Shown: positions 11,538-23,985 of the stretch, in pieces
How positions within the stretch are numbered: position 1 is the stretch's first letter
How the letters are laid out: each line of letters begins with the position of its first letter
Origin: Octopus bimaculoides
Lineage: Eukaryota
Reading direction: 5' to 3'
Assembly (NCBI RefSeq): GCF_001194135.2
Contig: NC_068983.1
Location: 107,993,422-108,057,421, forward strand
Length of the DNA: 64,000 nt
Notes under the pieces: generated by a model
Databases searched by the model: none
What the model saw: only the letters and a program-made list of their open reading frames with translations
What the model was told of the DNA's origin: nothing
Position numbers and translations under genes: made by a program

Positions 11538-12511
11538 NNNNNNNNNNNNNNNNNNNNNNNNNNNNNNNNNNNNNNNNNNNNNNNNNNNNNNNNNNNNNNN
11601 NNNNNNNNNNNNNNNNNNNNNNNNNNNNNNNNNNNNNNNNNNNNNNNNNNNNNNNNNNNNNNNNNNNNNNNNNNNNNNNNNNNNNNNNNNNNNNNNNNNN
11701 NNNNNNNNNNNNNNNNNNNNNNNNNNNNNNNNNNNNNNNNNNNNNNNNNNNNNNNNNNNNNNNNNNNNNNNNNNNNNNNNNNNNNNNNNNNNNNNNNNNN
11801 NNNNNNNNNNNNNNNNNNNNNNNNNNNNNNNNNNNNNNNNNNNNNNNNNNNNNNNNNNNNNNNNNNNNNNNNNNNNNNNNNNNNNNNNNNNNNNNNNNNN
11901 NNNNNNNNNNNNNNNNNNNNNNNNNNNNNNNNNNNNNNNNNNNNNNNNNNNNNNNNNNNNNNNNNNNNNNNNNNNNNNNNNNNNNNNNNNNNNNNNNNNN
12001 NNNNNNNNNNNNNNNNNNNNNNNNNNNNNNNNNNNNNNNNNNNNNNNNNNNNNNNNNNNNNNNNNNNNNNNNNNNNNNNNNNNNNNNNNNNNNNNNNNNN
12101 NNNNNNNNNNNNNNNNNNNNNNNNNNNNNNNNNNNNNNNNNNNNNNNNNNNNNNNNNNNNNNNNNNNNNNNNNNNNNNNNNNNNNNNNNNNNNNNNNNNN
12201 NNNNNNNNNNNNNNNNNNNNNNNNNNNNNNNNNNNNNNNNNNNNNNNNNNNNNNNNNNNNNNNNNNNNNNNNNNNNNNNNNNNNNNNNNNNNNNNNNNNN
12301 NNNNNNNNNNNNNNNNNNNNNNNNNNNNNNNNNNNNNNNNNNNNNNNNNNNNNNNNNNNNNNNNNNNNNNNNNNNNNNNNNNNNNNNNNNNNNNNNNNNN
12401 NNNNNNNNNNNNNNNNNNNNNNNNNNNNNNNNNNNNNNNNNNNNNNNNNNNNNNNNNNNNNNNNNNNNNNNNNNNNNNNNNNNNNNNNNNNNNNNNNNNN
12501 NNNNNNNNNNN

Positions 12512-12978
12512 GCTGGCTCAATGGTTTCTCTTTGTGGCAGAATTAATAACCAAGACTATTTAAGCATTTTATCTGATCAAATTCATCCTATGGTTGCAGA
12601 ACTGTATCCAGAGGGAAACGCAATCTTTCAGGATGATAATGCACCAATTCACATGACTAAAATTGTTACTGAATGGCACGAGGAACATTCTAGTGAAGTC
12701 GAACGTCTTATCTGGCCACCACAGTCCTCAGATCTCAATATCACTGAATAGGTATGGTGCATTTTAGAAAAACAAGTAAGGAGTCAATATTCTCCACCAT
12801 CATCACTACAAGAACTGGAGACTGTTTTAGCTGAAGAATGGACAAAAATTCCTTTGGAATCAAACTTTGTACGAGTTCATACCTCATAGAATTCAAGCTG
12901 TAATTATTGCTGAAGTTGGTCCTACCCCATATTAAAATGAAATTTTAAGGTGTTTCCATTATTTTGCTCAACCCTTGT
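12512..12978 (+). mobile_element. Tc1-family transposon 3' half (DD34E catalytic region + right TIR); 5' part lies in a gap
   Basis: IFQDDNAPIH...WPPQSSDLNITE, followed by TIR GGTGTTTCCATTATTTTGCTCAACCCTTG; same TIR as the copy at 56.9-58.7 kb. Contains stops. Confidence 0.9.
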
Positions 12979-12981
12979 GTG

Positions 12982-13016
<35 letters not shown>

Positions 13017-13678
13017 GTATATATGCATATGTAATTATATACATATGTAATTATATACATATACTTGTAGATACACACATATAAATGCATTAGATATACT
13101 TATATAAAAGTATATATATTTATATTATTGATACATAGATCTATACATATAATCATGTATTATATACTTTTATCCATAATCATACATATACACACATATA
13201 TGTTCATGCAGATACACATTATATTCATACAGATATATACATCACACATATTAACATAGATTCTCAGTTACTCCTGCTCTCTCTCACTCCTATAATCACT
13301 TTTCTATCTCTTTTTATAGTGCATGTATGTGTTTGTGTATGTGTGTGTGTGAAAGAGAGATGGTGGGGAGGAGAGAAATTCTTGTGATTGTATGTAGATT
13401 CAATGAAGGGGATGAGTGGAAGTAATAGACAGAGAACACAGCTGGGTGACTAGATAAAGAAATAAGATAGATTATACTATTTGCCTGGCTAAGACAAATG
13501 ATATACTTTAAGATATCAATGTCATCTAATCATCTCTAGAGTTACTTCTTATATTCTAACTTTTACTGAAACTGGATAAGATTAGAGGACAGTAAAGGAA
13601 AAAAACAATAAAAAAAACAAACCAATGTGTAGTGGAGATGGCAGAGATATGTAGATGTATGTGTGTGTATGGTTGTGG

Positions 13679-13725
<47 letters not shown>

Positions 13726-13950
13726 TGTGTGTATGTATGTATGTATGTGTGTGTGTGCATATATGTGTGTTTGTGCAGACAGAAGGCTGAAAAGTGCATT
13801 TTGCCATGAAACTCTGAATTCAATCTCACTGCACGTCATCTTGCATTAAGCATGCACACACACACATCCGCGCACACGAACACAAAAGAGGAATAACCTG
13901 AGTACAGCATGGTTAGATAATAATGTTTCTTGATTTTGTATGAGTAGCAA

Positions 13951-14278
13951 AGTAAAGACCCCCTTCAGTCATGAATGACCATGGAATTGCACCTAGAAAT
14001 TTCCCCTCTGAGGCACAAGTCTGGGCAAAGTTGTTTATGGAAATCCAGCAGTCACCCATGCATACCAGCCTCCCCTCTCCATGCTACTGATGTTATCCAA
14101 GGGAAAAGCAAGGCAGATACAACTTGGTACCAGTGATGTCACAACTCATTTCTACAGCTGAGTGAACAGGAGCAATGTGAAATAAAGTGCCTTGCTCAAG
14201 AAGACAACACATCACCTAATCTGGGAATCAAACTCATTAACTCATGATTGTGAGCCCAACGAGCCATGCTCCTTCAAT
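13951..14278 (-). mobile_element. SINE family D (tRNA-like head shared with family E)
   Basis: Head GCTGAGTGAAC.GGAGCAA.GTGAAATAAAGTG.CTTGCTCAAG read on plus; B-box-like sequence on minus. Confidence 0.7.
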
Positions 14279-14632
14279 GTATGATTGGTAATTTGCCAAT
14301 AAAATTTTAATACTGTGTATAAGAATTTTATTTCCTCAAGGTATATGATGTATATACTTATATTTGCAGTAGTCCAAAGCAAACAGACAAATAATAAAGG
14401 ACAAAATCAAAGAGTAAAATAACAAAAACGTTTGCTGGATAATTTAACAGGTTTAAAATGTCATGTAGAATTCATAATATTAGGGTTAGAATGGGATTGT
14501 TTTGGAAATAAGTGCCTAAATCTTAGTTGACAGGCAAAAACCTGGGTTAGTTCAGTTTAGAAAACAAAAGGAAACTCAGAGGATTGCTGAAGTTGGATAA
14601 TTATGACCACAATGATGAAGACATTTTAAATT

Positions 14633-14703
14633 TATTCCCACAATATACATATGATGAGGATGTTCATCATGATAATCCTCATCATATGCACGTTGTGGGA
14701 ATA
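14633..14703. repeat. 71-nt hairpin (29-bp stem, 13-nt loop)
   Basis: 14633-14661 pairs with 14675-14703 with three differences. Confidence 0.85.
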
Positions 14704-15155
14704 GAAGAAGCCAAGACACAAAAGAAAGAGTTCTCTATCAAAAAGCTCAATGCATATTTTTAATAGAATTTTTGAAGATAGAATGCATATGACGATTAAT
14801 TCTGAACTGACAGAAATGTTAGAATACAGGGCAAAATGCCTGCAATATTTAGATGCAGTATTTCTAACATCCTTCTCAGGTTAACATAAACTATATCCCC
14901 CCTACACACAAAAAAAAAACCAAGGGAAGTTTGATTGAATATTCCAATAAAATACCCTATATGTGAATGGAATTATAACAGAAGTATGTAGAGAGAGCTA
15001 TACAAACTGGAAAACAAACTGAAATTGCATTCAGCTGTTAAAGAGTCATGTAGAAAGTGAAGAAAGAAAATTCAAAACAAACATCATTCCTTTTGAAGTA
15101 TTTCCAAAGCAATAAATCTGTCTAACCTATTATGTCTGTGAGGAAAGCAGATATG

Positions 15156-15242
<87 letters not shown>

Positions 15243-15639
15243 GTACATATAGTTTATAATTCTGCCTATAACATTTATTTATTTAAATATTCAAGGGTGC
15301 TGGATAGCCAGAGTGGTTAACACATCAGCTAAAACGCTTTGTGGTATTTGTTCTGGCATTTTATCTTTTTAGGTTCAAATTCTGCTGAGACCAACCTTGC
15401 CTTTCATACCTTCAGTATTGAAAAAATAAAGTCCTAATCAAGTACTAGGGTCGATGGCATCAATTAAAACCCTCCTCTTAAAACTGCTAGCCTGGTAATA
15501 ATTTAAGAAGAATCACTTAAATTTCCTTCTTGCCCTTACAGTTTCATAGCATAATAATCAAAACTTATGACCTCTCATAGTTGACTCCTATTCTGTTGCA
15601 ATGGTTTGATTACATTTCATACTTTGTATAATGATGTTG

Positions 15640-15960
15640 CTTTAGCATGTCTAAAGGTGAATCGTTAATATACAAAGCTACAGTGACAGGCAATTTCCTA
15701 AATCATACATTGGCATCTATGAAGGCATCTTCCAGGAATGATACTAGAATCAAGGTCAATATTGTGACAGATAGATGAAAGAAATAGCACAGACTTATCA
15801 AACTATATATGGCATTTCAAACATAACAATAATAGTAATTTTAACATCACCTAGTTTACACAATACATCTGCAACAAATGCAACTTCTGCTAAAATTTCT
15901 ATGGCCTGTGTAATAATGGTAAAAAAAAGACTTCAAACACACTAAATGTTCTAACCCATT
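15640..15960 (+). mobile_element. Penelope-like GIY-YIG endonuclease remnant
   Basis: KGESLIYKATVT...SYIGIYEG...NSTDLSNYIWHFKHNNNSNFNIT...KCNFC across frames, matching the PLE pattern IYKATV / YIG.TEG / STELS.YIW.LK / CNLC. Confidence 0.7.
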
Positions 15961-16597
15961 AGATATAAGTCCAAGATTAATTTCAAAATAGATAACTCAT
16001 CAAATTTCAACCGAACCATTGAGGCACACTAAAAGCCAGAACCCTGAGAATATCATCTGGTACAGAAGACAAATTAGCTAATCAGTGATGATAGAACAGT
16101 ATATAGAACTATGTGCACATGTTAATGCATGTGTTTGTATTTGTATGTGTATATTTGTGCCTGTGTAGATGCTGATAAATTGGAATGTATGTTTACATTT
16201 AGTTATGTCCATGTGTTTCTTTGTATATGAACATGAGTGTGTACCAAATGAATATACAACTCGTACATTTTATATAATCAGGTGTAAAAATAATGTCTAT
16301 ATATTCATAAGTATATACACAATAGTAGAAAAATATATGTATACAACAGGTGCTGGTACGGTTGCATATATATGTGTGTGTGTAATTGTATTTGTGTATG
16401 TGTTTTTTCACATTTGCACTTCTACAAAAAGCACACGCTACAAGCTGTGATGTTATCACTTCTTCTGCCAATAATTCATCCTCTGCCTTTGTGCCTTGTA
16501 AAACAGGCAAACGTTAGCAACAGGGATGGTATCGAGCTGGGAAACAATAGCTGAATAATATATTCATCTAATCCATGCTAGCATGGGAAAGAAAGGA

Positions 16598-16630
<33 letters not shown>

Positions 16631-16899
16631 CATACACACACACACACACACNNNNNNNNNNCACACATGTATATACATGCATATATATATATTTTGTTTT
16701 GACTTTTTTTTATTATATAATCATACAGTTCACTCAATTGCCTGTATTTCCTTTCTTGAATACTTATGTCAGCCCACTTCAGTTAGTTTTGTATTGAGTA
16801 TAAGTTTGGGGATTGTAATGTCTAATACAGCATTCACGTTTTATTGCATTTGGTGAATTCCTTGATTATTTCTGTGGCCAACCCAAATTACTCTTGGTT

Positions 16900-18700
16900 T
16901 ATGGATGCATAATCTCCTCCAAGATCCCCAGATTTAGTTTCACTGTTCATGATGCCCATGATCTGAAGCTGGAGAACTGATCTTCTTTTCCAGAAAAGCA
17001 GTCTCAAATTAGTCACGTGTAATACTTTAGGTTTAGAAGCTACATTCATCTACAGAATGAAGTTATGATATTGAATAGTAGTACCATTAAATAGTATTAA
17101 TCAGCATGTAAAATGCATAAAACATTATAACTGTATTAGCATAACGCTATCACATTTCCCAGAAATAAATTGGTTTAATTCCTCTTGATATTTTAGAACT
17201 ACATTTAACACCATTTTCATTGTTTGTTCCTGTATGAAGTGTCAAATCACACATCTGATAACTATAATCTGAGTTATCATTCAAATGTTGAGGAACTGAT
17301 CTAGCATTTCGTTCACTATCTGAGATTTTGTGTCATTGTTTATTTTGCTTCATGAACTAATATATCCTGTTCACTCTTACAAATCATAGCTATATTGCCT
17401 GCATGAGATATAAATCTAGCTTGGTATGGTTCACAATTTCTTCTGCATCAATACCAAACTGAAGCAGCATTTTCATAAGAAATTGTTATTGATGATTATA
17501 TTTGCCTGTAATCAGAACAAACTAAGTAGTTTTCTGAGTGAGGTATTATGCAACAAATCAAACAATATTAGAATCTTTATTTGGTGGGTATGCTTTTAAA
17601 CTCTTGCTGACACATGTAGTTATTTTGTCAACAATTCCATTTGATTCTGGATAGAATTGAAGCATTTTCACAAGTTTGCATCCATTCTTATCAACTATGT
17701 ATGGAAGTCATTAAAACAGATTTCACAGATACTAATAATAATTTTGGAAACTGTTTCTAGAAAACACAGCTCATAATATCAACTTAACTGTTTCTGATAG
17801 TTTATTCATAGCTCTTATTACTTCTGGCAACCCAGAGTATGCAGCAGTGTTAAGAACATTTTAATTTCTTGACATATGTATGATCCATATGCACACAAAT
17901 CAATGCTTTAATTTCATTATGCTGCCTGTGCACAGTAAGTTAATTCTAGCTGTATTCTGGCATATGTTGGACATTTTATTGCAAATTGTTCCATGGCTTC
18001 ATATTAACCAGGCCATTATGATTCTAATTCTAACCAATTCTTTGTTGCTGTTGAGCTACAACAGATGTCATCATGCACAGCTTTTGTCATTAATGATCCC
18101 AAACAGGCTGGTAGAACAAACAATTAATTTCCAATTAAAAGGATGCTAATGTATTTTTAAATGACTTAAATGGCCTTTCAACAAGATGATTGCTGCAATT
18201 ATTATTAAAATTCCTTTTTAATATACCAAGTAAAATATCATTATCATTATTCTCTGTTTATATAAAATTTTGTTTAATGAAATCAGTTTCTACAAGATGG
18301 TTGAAAAGAAACATTATCATCCTGATCTCAATTGTCTTTATTAATATTAATTATAAATTCCAATTATGATAATGCAATGACATGTGACATTGCAGATTCC
18401 TTTGAGTAATATATTTAATAATCAAATGCTATCATTTGCAAGGTCCATCTTCAGATATGCACAAATCTTACTTGCAGTGGACTACAATTTTTGCTAAAAG
18501 TAAATTCTTTTCATTTATGATCTAAGACTGAAAGTCAGAAATATTATGCTGTTAAAGTACACCATTAAGGCTTCTCTTTCAAAAGCTAAGTAAATTTTTA
18601 CAGCTTTGATTAATGCAATTGACTAATAATATAGTAGAGGACGCTGCCTTGTGAAATTCTTTAAAGTATAGACTTTTTACTTGTATCAGTCATTAAAATA
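16900..18700 (-). mobile_element. Gypsy-type LTR retrotransposon pol remnant (RNase H + integrase)
   Basis: KIYLAFEREAL; RWTLQMIAFDY...SHVIALS (RNase H end); WPG...EQFAIKCPT (integrase Zn finger); VHMDH; AYSGLPEVI; KNGCKLVKMLQFYPESNGIVDK (cf. YHPQSNG). Heavily decayed; outer boundaries approximate. Confidence 0.8.
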
Positions 18701-19599
18701 AACATTGTCTTTTCCCTTTTTTTTTTTTGTGACATCATGAATCTAGACTGCTGGCATTGATTTTTATGTGCTCAGATACATTCCATGGTTGGACTTCCCA
18801 TGAAACTGGGACACTGCATTTACAAAATGATGCAAGCAGCAATACGCGGTATGAATGATGATCAATACATCATCATAACAGAAAATGACAAGCCTAAAAA
18901 AAGATTCTAATTGTTTCTAATACTTTGGTGGTTTCACATTTGTACTTTACGTTACTAAATGATGATCTGGTGATATCCCCTCCTTTGTCTGTCTACGACC
19001 AAAAATAGAAATAGAAAGTGAGGGTGATCTCCACATTGTCACTGTTTCATATGTAAACAGAAATAAACATAAATCTAATGATATGCATTTCTTGAATTCA
19101 TGACAATTACAAGACTGGCTGTTTCTTTCTTTTTTTAGGAATTCATCCCCTACATACACGTGTGTGTGTGTGTATGTGTGTGTGTGTACATACAGGCATA
19201 CATATGTTTTACATGCTAGCCATGCAGAATATTGCAAACATGGGATTTGGGGGTGATAGAAGGGAACCTTGAGTGTATAGGTCACATAATCGTTTTAAGA
19301 ATATTTTTTTTTTTTTTGCATATTGAGAGCTCATTCTGGAGGGTGTATAAGTGAACCTTGTCTAATATTGATTTCAAATTTTGGCATAAGGCCAACAATT
19401 TCGGGGCCAAAGGTAAGGTAATTGCATCGACCCCCAGTACTCATCTGGTATGTACTTTATAGACACTGAAAAGAATGAAAGGTAGAGTCAACCATGACAG
19501 AATTTGAACTCAGGACGTGAAAATGAATGAAATGATACTAAGCAATTTTCCCTGTGTGCTAACAATTCTGCTAGCTCACCGCTTTAACCTCATCTAATG

Positions 19600-21230
19600 T
19601 TACTATGTAATATTGCTTGTCTAATAATATGCCTATGGGTTTCATTAAAGGAACACTAGTGAAGAGGCTCTTGACATCAGTAGTTGAAATACTACCGACA
19701 TCGCCACTTTCCAGTAAGATTTTTATGAACTTGCCAATATATCACATGGACGTATATTTCTTTATATGTTCTCGTTATTTAATGATTCTAAGAGCTGGGA
19801 GATTGCAAGTTGGAAGGAGTTATTCTGTTTGTATATCTCTATGTTTCCACAAATGTATGCTAGGCTAATATATATCATCTGAGTATTGGAAAGAAATAGC
19901 TCCAATTTCTGTATTTACAACACTGATTAATTTATTTAATTTAATTTCTAATTGTGCAATGTAGTCTTTCTTGATTTTGATGAAATTATCATTGTAATAT
20001 TAAATATTATTAATTTTTATATATTTATTATACATTTAGTACAATTTATATTAATTTTTTGAAATGTTTCTACATTTGTTCACATCAGAAATAAAATTGT
20101 TCTTATCATTTTTACATTTTATAACTTCATTGTTAATTTTCAGATCTTGCAGAGCTAGTTTAAAATTCTTTATGAATGTTTTTATTGTTATCTTTATCTC
20201 TCTGTTGATTTCCTTCAAATCTGAATAAGTCACGCAGTTGTTCATTAATTTTTATTGCACCTCTATCACTAGGAGTCTTGCAAGACAGCTAGAGCAATTA
20301 AAGTACAACTTTCTCTTTTGGTGATAGTTTCAACTGAGGCGGAATTTTGTGAAGAAAATGAGGAGGAAGAAATTTGTCTTCAAGTGCAAGCAGCACTTTC
20401 TATTTTATTGTTATAACGATAGCTAAGCTTCCATATGCTGTTATTTCTCATTTGATGGAAAATCAAAATCTTACATTACAGGTAGCCACAAAATTTCATT
20501 TTGTGAAGGTTTGTTATCTAAAGATTTTGTGTTTTTATGTTGTATTTAGTTGAAGGATTTCTATTGATAATTTTCCTGCATCTGGTATTGCTGCTGGATT
20601 TGATATTCAATTGGCTTTCATTTTTATTGCTTCATTGTACAAACATATATTTATATACATAGGTGACAGATTTTCCTTCAAGTGTGCTATACTGAAGGCA
20701 CAAATGTATAAGAATTTAATCAGTTATGTTGAAGACTTTTCTAACTTAGTCCTTTAGATTTCAATTGTAATACTATTCCTAAGGCTAGTAATGTTTCAAG
20801 CCCTTCTAAGCTTGACTAAAATCATGATAGTAGTGCACTGATGTGGCATTTTGTAACTGATGGCAATGGGCTGTGGGAATTATGTTATATTTGATAAATC
20901 ATCATTGCTTGACTTAACATTATTCAATGGTTAGCTTCTGGGTACATCTATAGGTTTCCTTCATGTGTGTTACATTTTTGTTAATTTTGGGTTTGTATTT
21001 TGCTATTAATAAGGCTTCCATAGTTACATTTCTAATTTATTGTGTACTTTTACATAGGATAGTAATGCTAGCAACTAATATTTCTTGTATTTTTTTATCT
21101 CATCTTCTGTATTCCTATAAGTGCACTTTGTTGTGTAGTCATATAAGTATTTGTGAGTATCAAAAGCAAATATATATATTAATGTTTCTTTTTATGTTCA
21201 GTTATAAAAAAAACAAAACATTTTACATTA
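19600..21230 (-). mobile_element. Penelope-like RT N-terminal remnant
   Basis: LQDLKINNEVIKCKNDK (cf. L..LR.N.DI.I..ADK); AYICGNIEIYKQNNS...ISQ (cf. YGNPKIHK..NPLRPIISQ); DVKSLFTSVPL (PLE RT motif). Upper boundary approximate. Confidence 0.7.
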
Positions 21231-21283
21231 ATCTGATGGGTTACTCTGTACTTTTGTGGAGCACAAAATTACTATTCTTATAA

Positions 21284-21390
21284 AAGAATGTTGACAGTGA
21301 CTTCGAAATTTGAGCCAGTTAAGCCATCGTCAGTAGTCCAAAAATGGCTTAGCTGGCTAAAATTTTAAAGTCACTATCAACAACATTCTT
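21284..21390. repeat. About 44-bp imperfect inverted repeat containing a Penelope terminal motif
   Basis: 21284-21327 pairs with 21344-21390; the minus strand carries CTGACGATGGC...GCTCAAA. Confidence 0.6.
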
Positions 21391-22379
21391 GTATGAGAAT
21401 AATATATATATATATATATATATACTCTCTCTGAGTGGTTGGCGTTAGGAAGGGCATCCAGCTGTAGAAACTCTGCCAAATTAGATTGGAGCCTGGTGTA
21501 GCCATCTGGTTGCACCAGTCCTCAGTCAAATCGTCCAACCCATGCTAGCATGGAAAGCGGACGTTAAANNNNNNNNNNNNNNNNNNNNNNNNNNNNNNNN
21601 NNNNNNNNNNNNNNNNNNNNNNNNNNNNNNNNNNNNNNNNNNNNNNNNNNNNNNNNNNNNNNNNNNNNNNNNNNNNNNNNNNNNNNNNNNNNNNNNNNNN
21701 NNNNNNNNNNNNNNNNNNNNNNNNNNNNNNNNNNNNNNNNNNNNNNNNNNNNNNNNNNNNNNNNNNNNNNNNNNNNNNNNNNNNNNNNNNNNNNNNNNNN
21801 NNNNNNNNNNNNNNNNNNNNNNNNNNNNNNNNNNNNNNNNNNNNNNNNNNNNNNNNNNNNNNNNNNNNNNNNNNNNNNNNNNNNNNNNNNNNNNNNNNNN
21901 NNNNNNNNNNNNNNNNNNNNNNNNNNNNNNNNNNNNNNNNNNNNNNNNNNNNNNNNNNNNNNNNNNNNNNNNNNNNNNNNNNNNNNNNNNNNNNNNNNNN
22001 NNNNNNNNNNNNNNNNNNNNNNNNNNNNNNNNTATATATATATATATAGTGAAGAATTTGTACAAAATGTATAAATGGATGATGAATAAAGCACCAGCAC
22101 AGTCTCGATTACCTGTTGTTAGCCATAGATTTACTGCAGGAACTTTGTAGTGAGTGTGTGTGTGTGTGTGTGTGCACACTCACATGTGTACATGTATTTA
22201 GACAGCCTTTCCCTTTGAAATATACAGAAAGCATAAAATAACCCCAATTTTTATCAAGAGTTAAGAAGTGGGAGACAAGCTTTGCAGCAAAAATAATGAT
22301 GCATTTTCTGGTTTCCAATTAGAATCTTCTGGTAGACTTTGTAACTAATTCCAATCATATGAAAGAGAGAAGGATTGCA

Positions 22380-22622
22380 CAGTGCTAGTCTTCATGGATC
22401 AGTTCACAAAATTTCTCACATTTTCTGGCATTTTACTCATGATTGACCACCTAGAACACCCATCTTCTGTTGGCACTCAACCGACCTTGAGAAATGCACG
22501 ACTCAAGAACCTGTGTCTGACCTGAAGAATGTTCATCAAAAATGGACTTTGAAGGTCTCAGATGTAATGTTAAGCTTCATGCAAAATTTGAGAGAAGGAT
22601 ACTGCTCAAATCTGTCAGCCAT
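22380..22622 (-). mobile_element. Mariner transposase N-terminal remnant
   Basis: MADRFEQYPSLKFCMKL...FDEHSSGQTQVLE...ELIHED, resembling EQR..IKFC.KL...AFGE..LSRTQVFEW...ELIHED. Confidence 0.6.
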
Positions 22623-23423
22623 TGCAAATCACAGAGCCATTCTAACATAACAGAAACAAGAAGAAAGAAAAAAAAACACATGAAAACTGATTATGAGAAG
22701 ACACCGTTTAGATGGGTTTCACCTGTATTTTATAGATCCAACCTGTGGCAGTTTGTTGGTTATGATGATCAATGGAACAGCTTGCTCATGAAATTAACAT
22801 GCAAGTGGTTGAACGCTCCACAAACATGCACACCCTTAAGGTTGTTTTCAGGGAAATTCAGCATGACACAGAATGTGACAAGGCTGGTCCTTTGAAATAC
22901 AGGTGCTACTCATTTTTGTCAGCTGAATGGACTGGAGCAAAGTGAAATAAAGTGTCTTGCTTAAAGACACAATGTGCTGCCAGGAATTGAACTCACGACC
23001 TTACAATCATGAGCTGAATGCCCTAATCACTAAGCCTTCACAACATATACATTAACACACACACACGTTTACTATTATAGCATCGGGTTTTGTATTCTAT
23101 CCATTGTTTCTACAATGTTACTGTGGCTACATGATGTACATCTTAAAAACAGAAAGATTCAGTCATTATACGGGCCATGACATTTTTCTACATTTCTTAT
23201 ACCTGCTACATTTATGTCACACTGCTTTGCATGTTAAAATCCTCTCCATTTTGAACTTGGTTGAATTTATTAATTTTCATTTCTAGAGAAATCATATTTC
23301 TAGAGTGAAATCATCTTTCAAATAGTAATTTGAAACTCAATTATTTCATATCAAAAATATTTAACAAAATATTAAAAAAATAATTTTAACGCAAGCATTA
23401 GTTTTTAGTGTGGCCTAACTCAC

Positions 23424-23439
23424 TTATCCTTATCAAAGA
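23424..23439 (-). CDS. Candidate 16-nt micro-exon (FDKD)
   Basis: Long pyrimidine tract ending TTTCAAG; GTGAGT donor. Confidence 0.3.
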
Positions 23440-23659
23440 CTTGAAATGAAAGCATAATGGAAGGAAAATGAAAATCTACAGCAGAAACAATAAAGAAGTA
23501 CTCATATGCATCAACTAAAACATGAAAAAGAAAAAGGAAAAAATGTCAAACAAGACCAGCACTATGCTAGAGTATACACAGTGAACCAACATGACAGTCC
23601 AATGATAATTCTGCTGGTAATCCAATTGTGTAAGAACCTCAAGAATCATATATATATAT

Positions 23660-23985
23660 GAGGAGCACTCCGGCAGTTACGACGATGAGGGTCCCAGCTG
23701 ATACAATCAACGGAACAGCCTGCTCATGAAATTAACATGCAAGTGACTGAGCAATTTACAGACACATGTATCCCTAACGTAGTTCTCAGGGAGACTCAGC
23801 ATGACACAGAGTGTGACAAGGCTGGCCATTTGAAATACAGGTACTACTCATGTTTGCCAGCTGAGTGGACTGGAGCAATGTGAAATAAAGTGTCTTGCTC
23901 AAGGACACAACACGTCGCCAGGAATCGAACTCATGACCTTATGATCATGAGCCAAATGCCCTAACCACTAAGCCATGCACCTTTA
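23660..23985 (-). mobile_element. SINE family E
   Basis: Homologous copies at 22720-23040 (-), 29345-29545 (+, head in gap, (CAA)n tail) and head fragments at 62720-63005 (-). Confidence 0.8.

Noticed and set aside
23900-23985. tRNA-like A/B-box sequence (also at 14.2, 23.0 and 62.8-63.0 kb)
   Set aside because: These are SINE heads attached to SINE bodies, with no complete cloverleaf.
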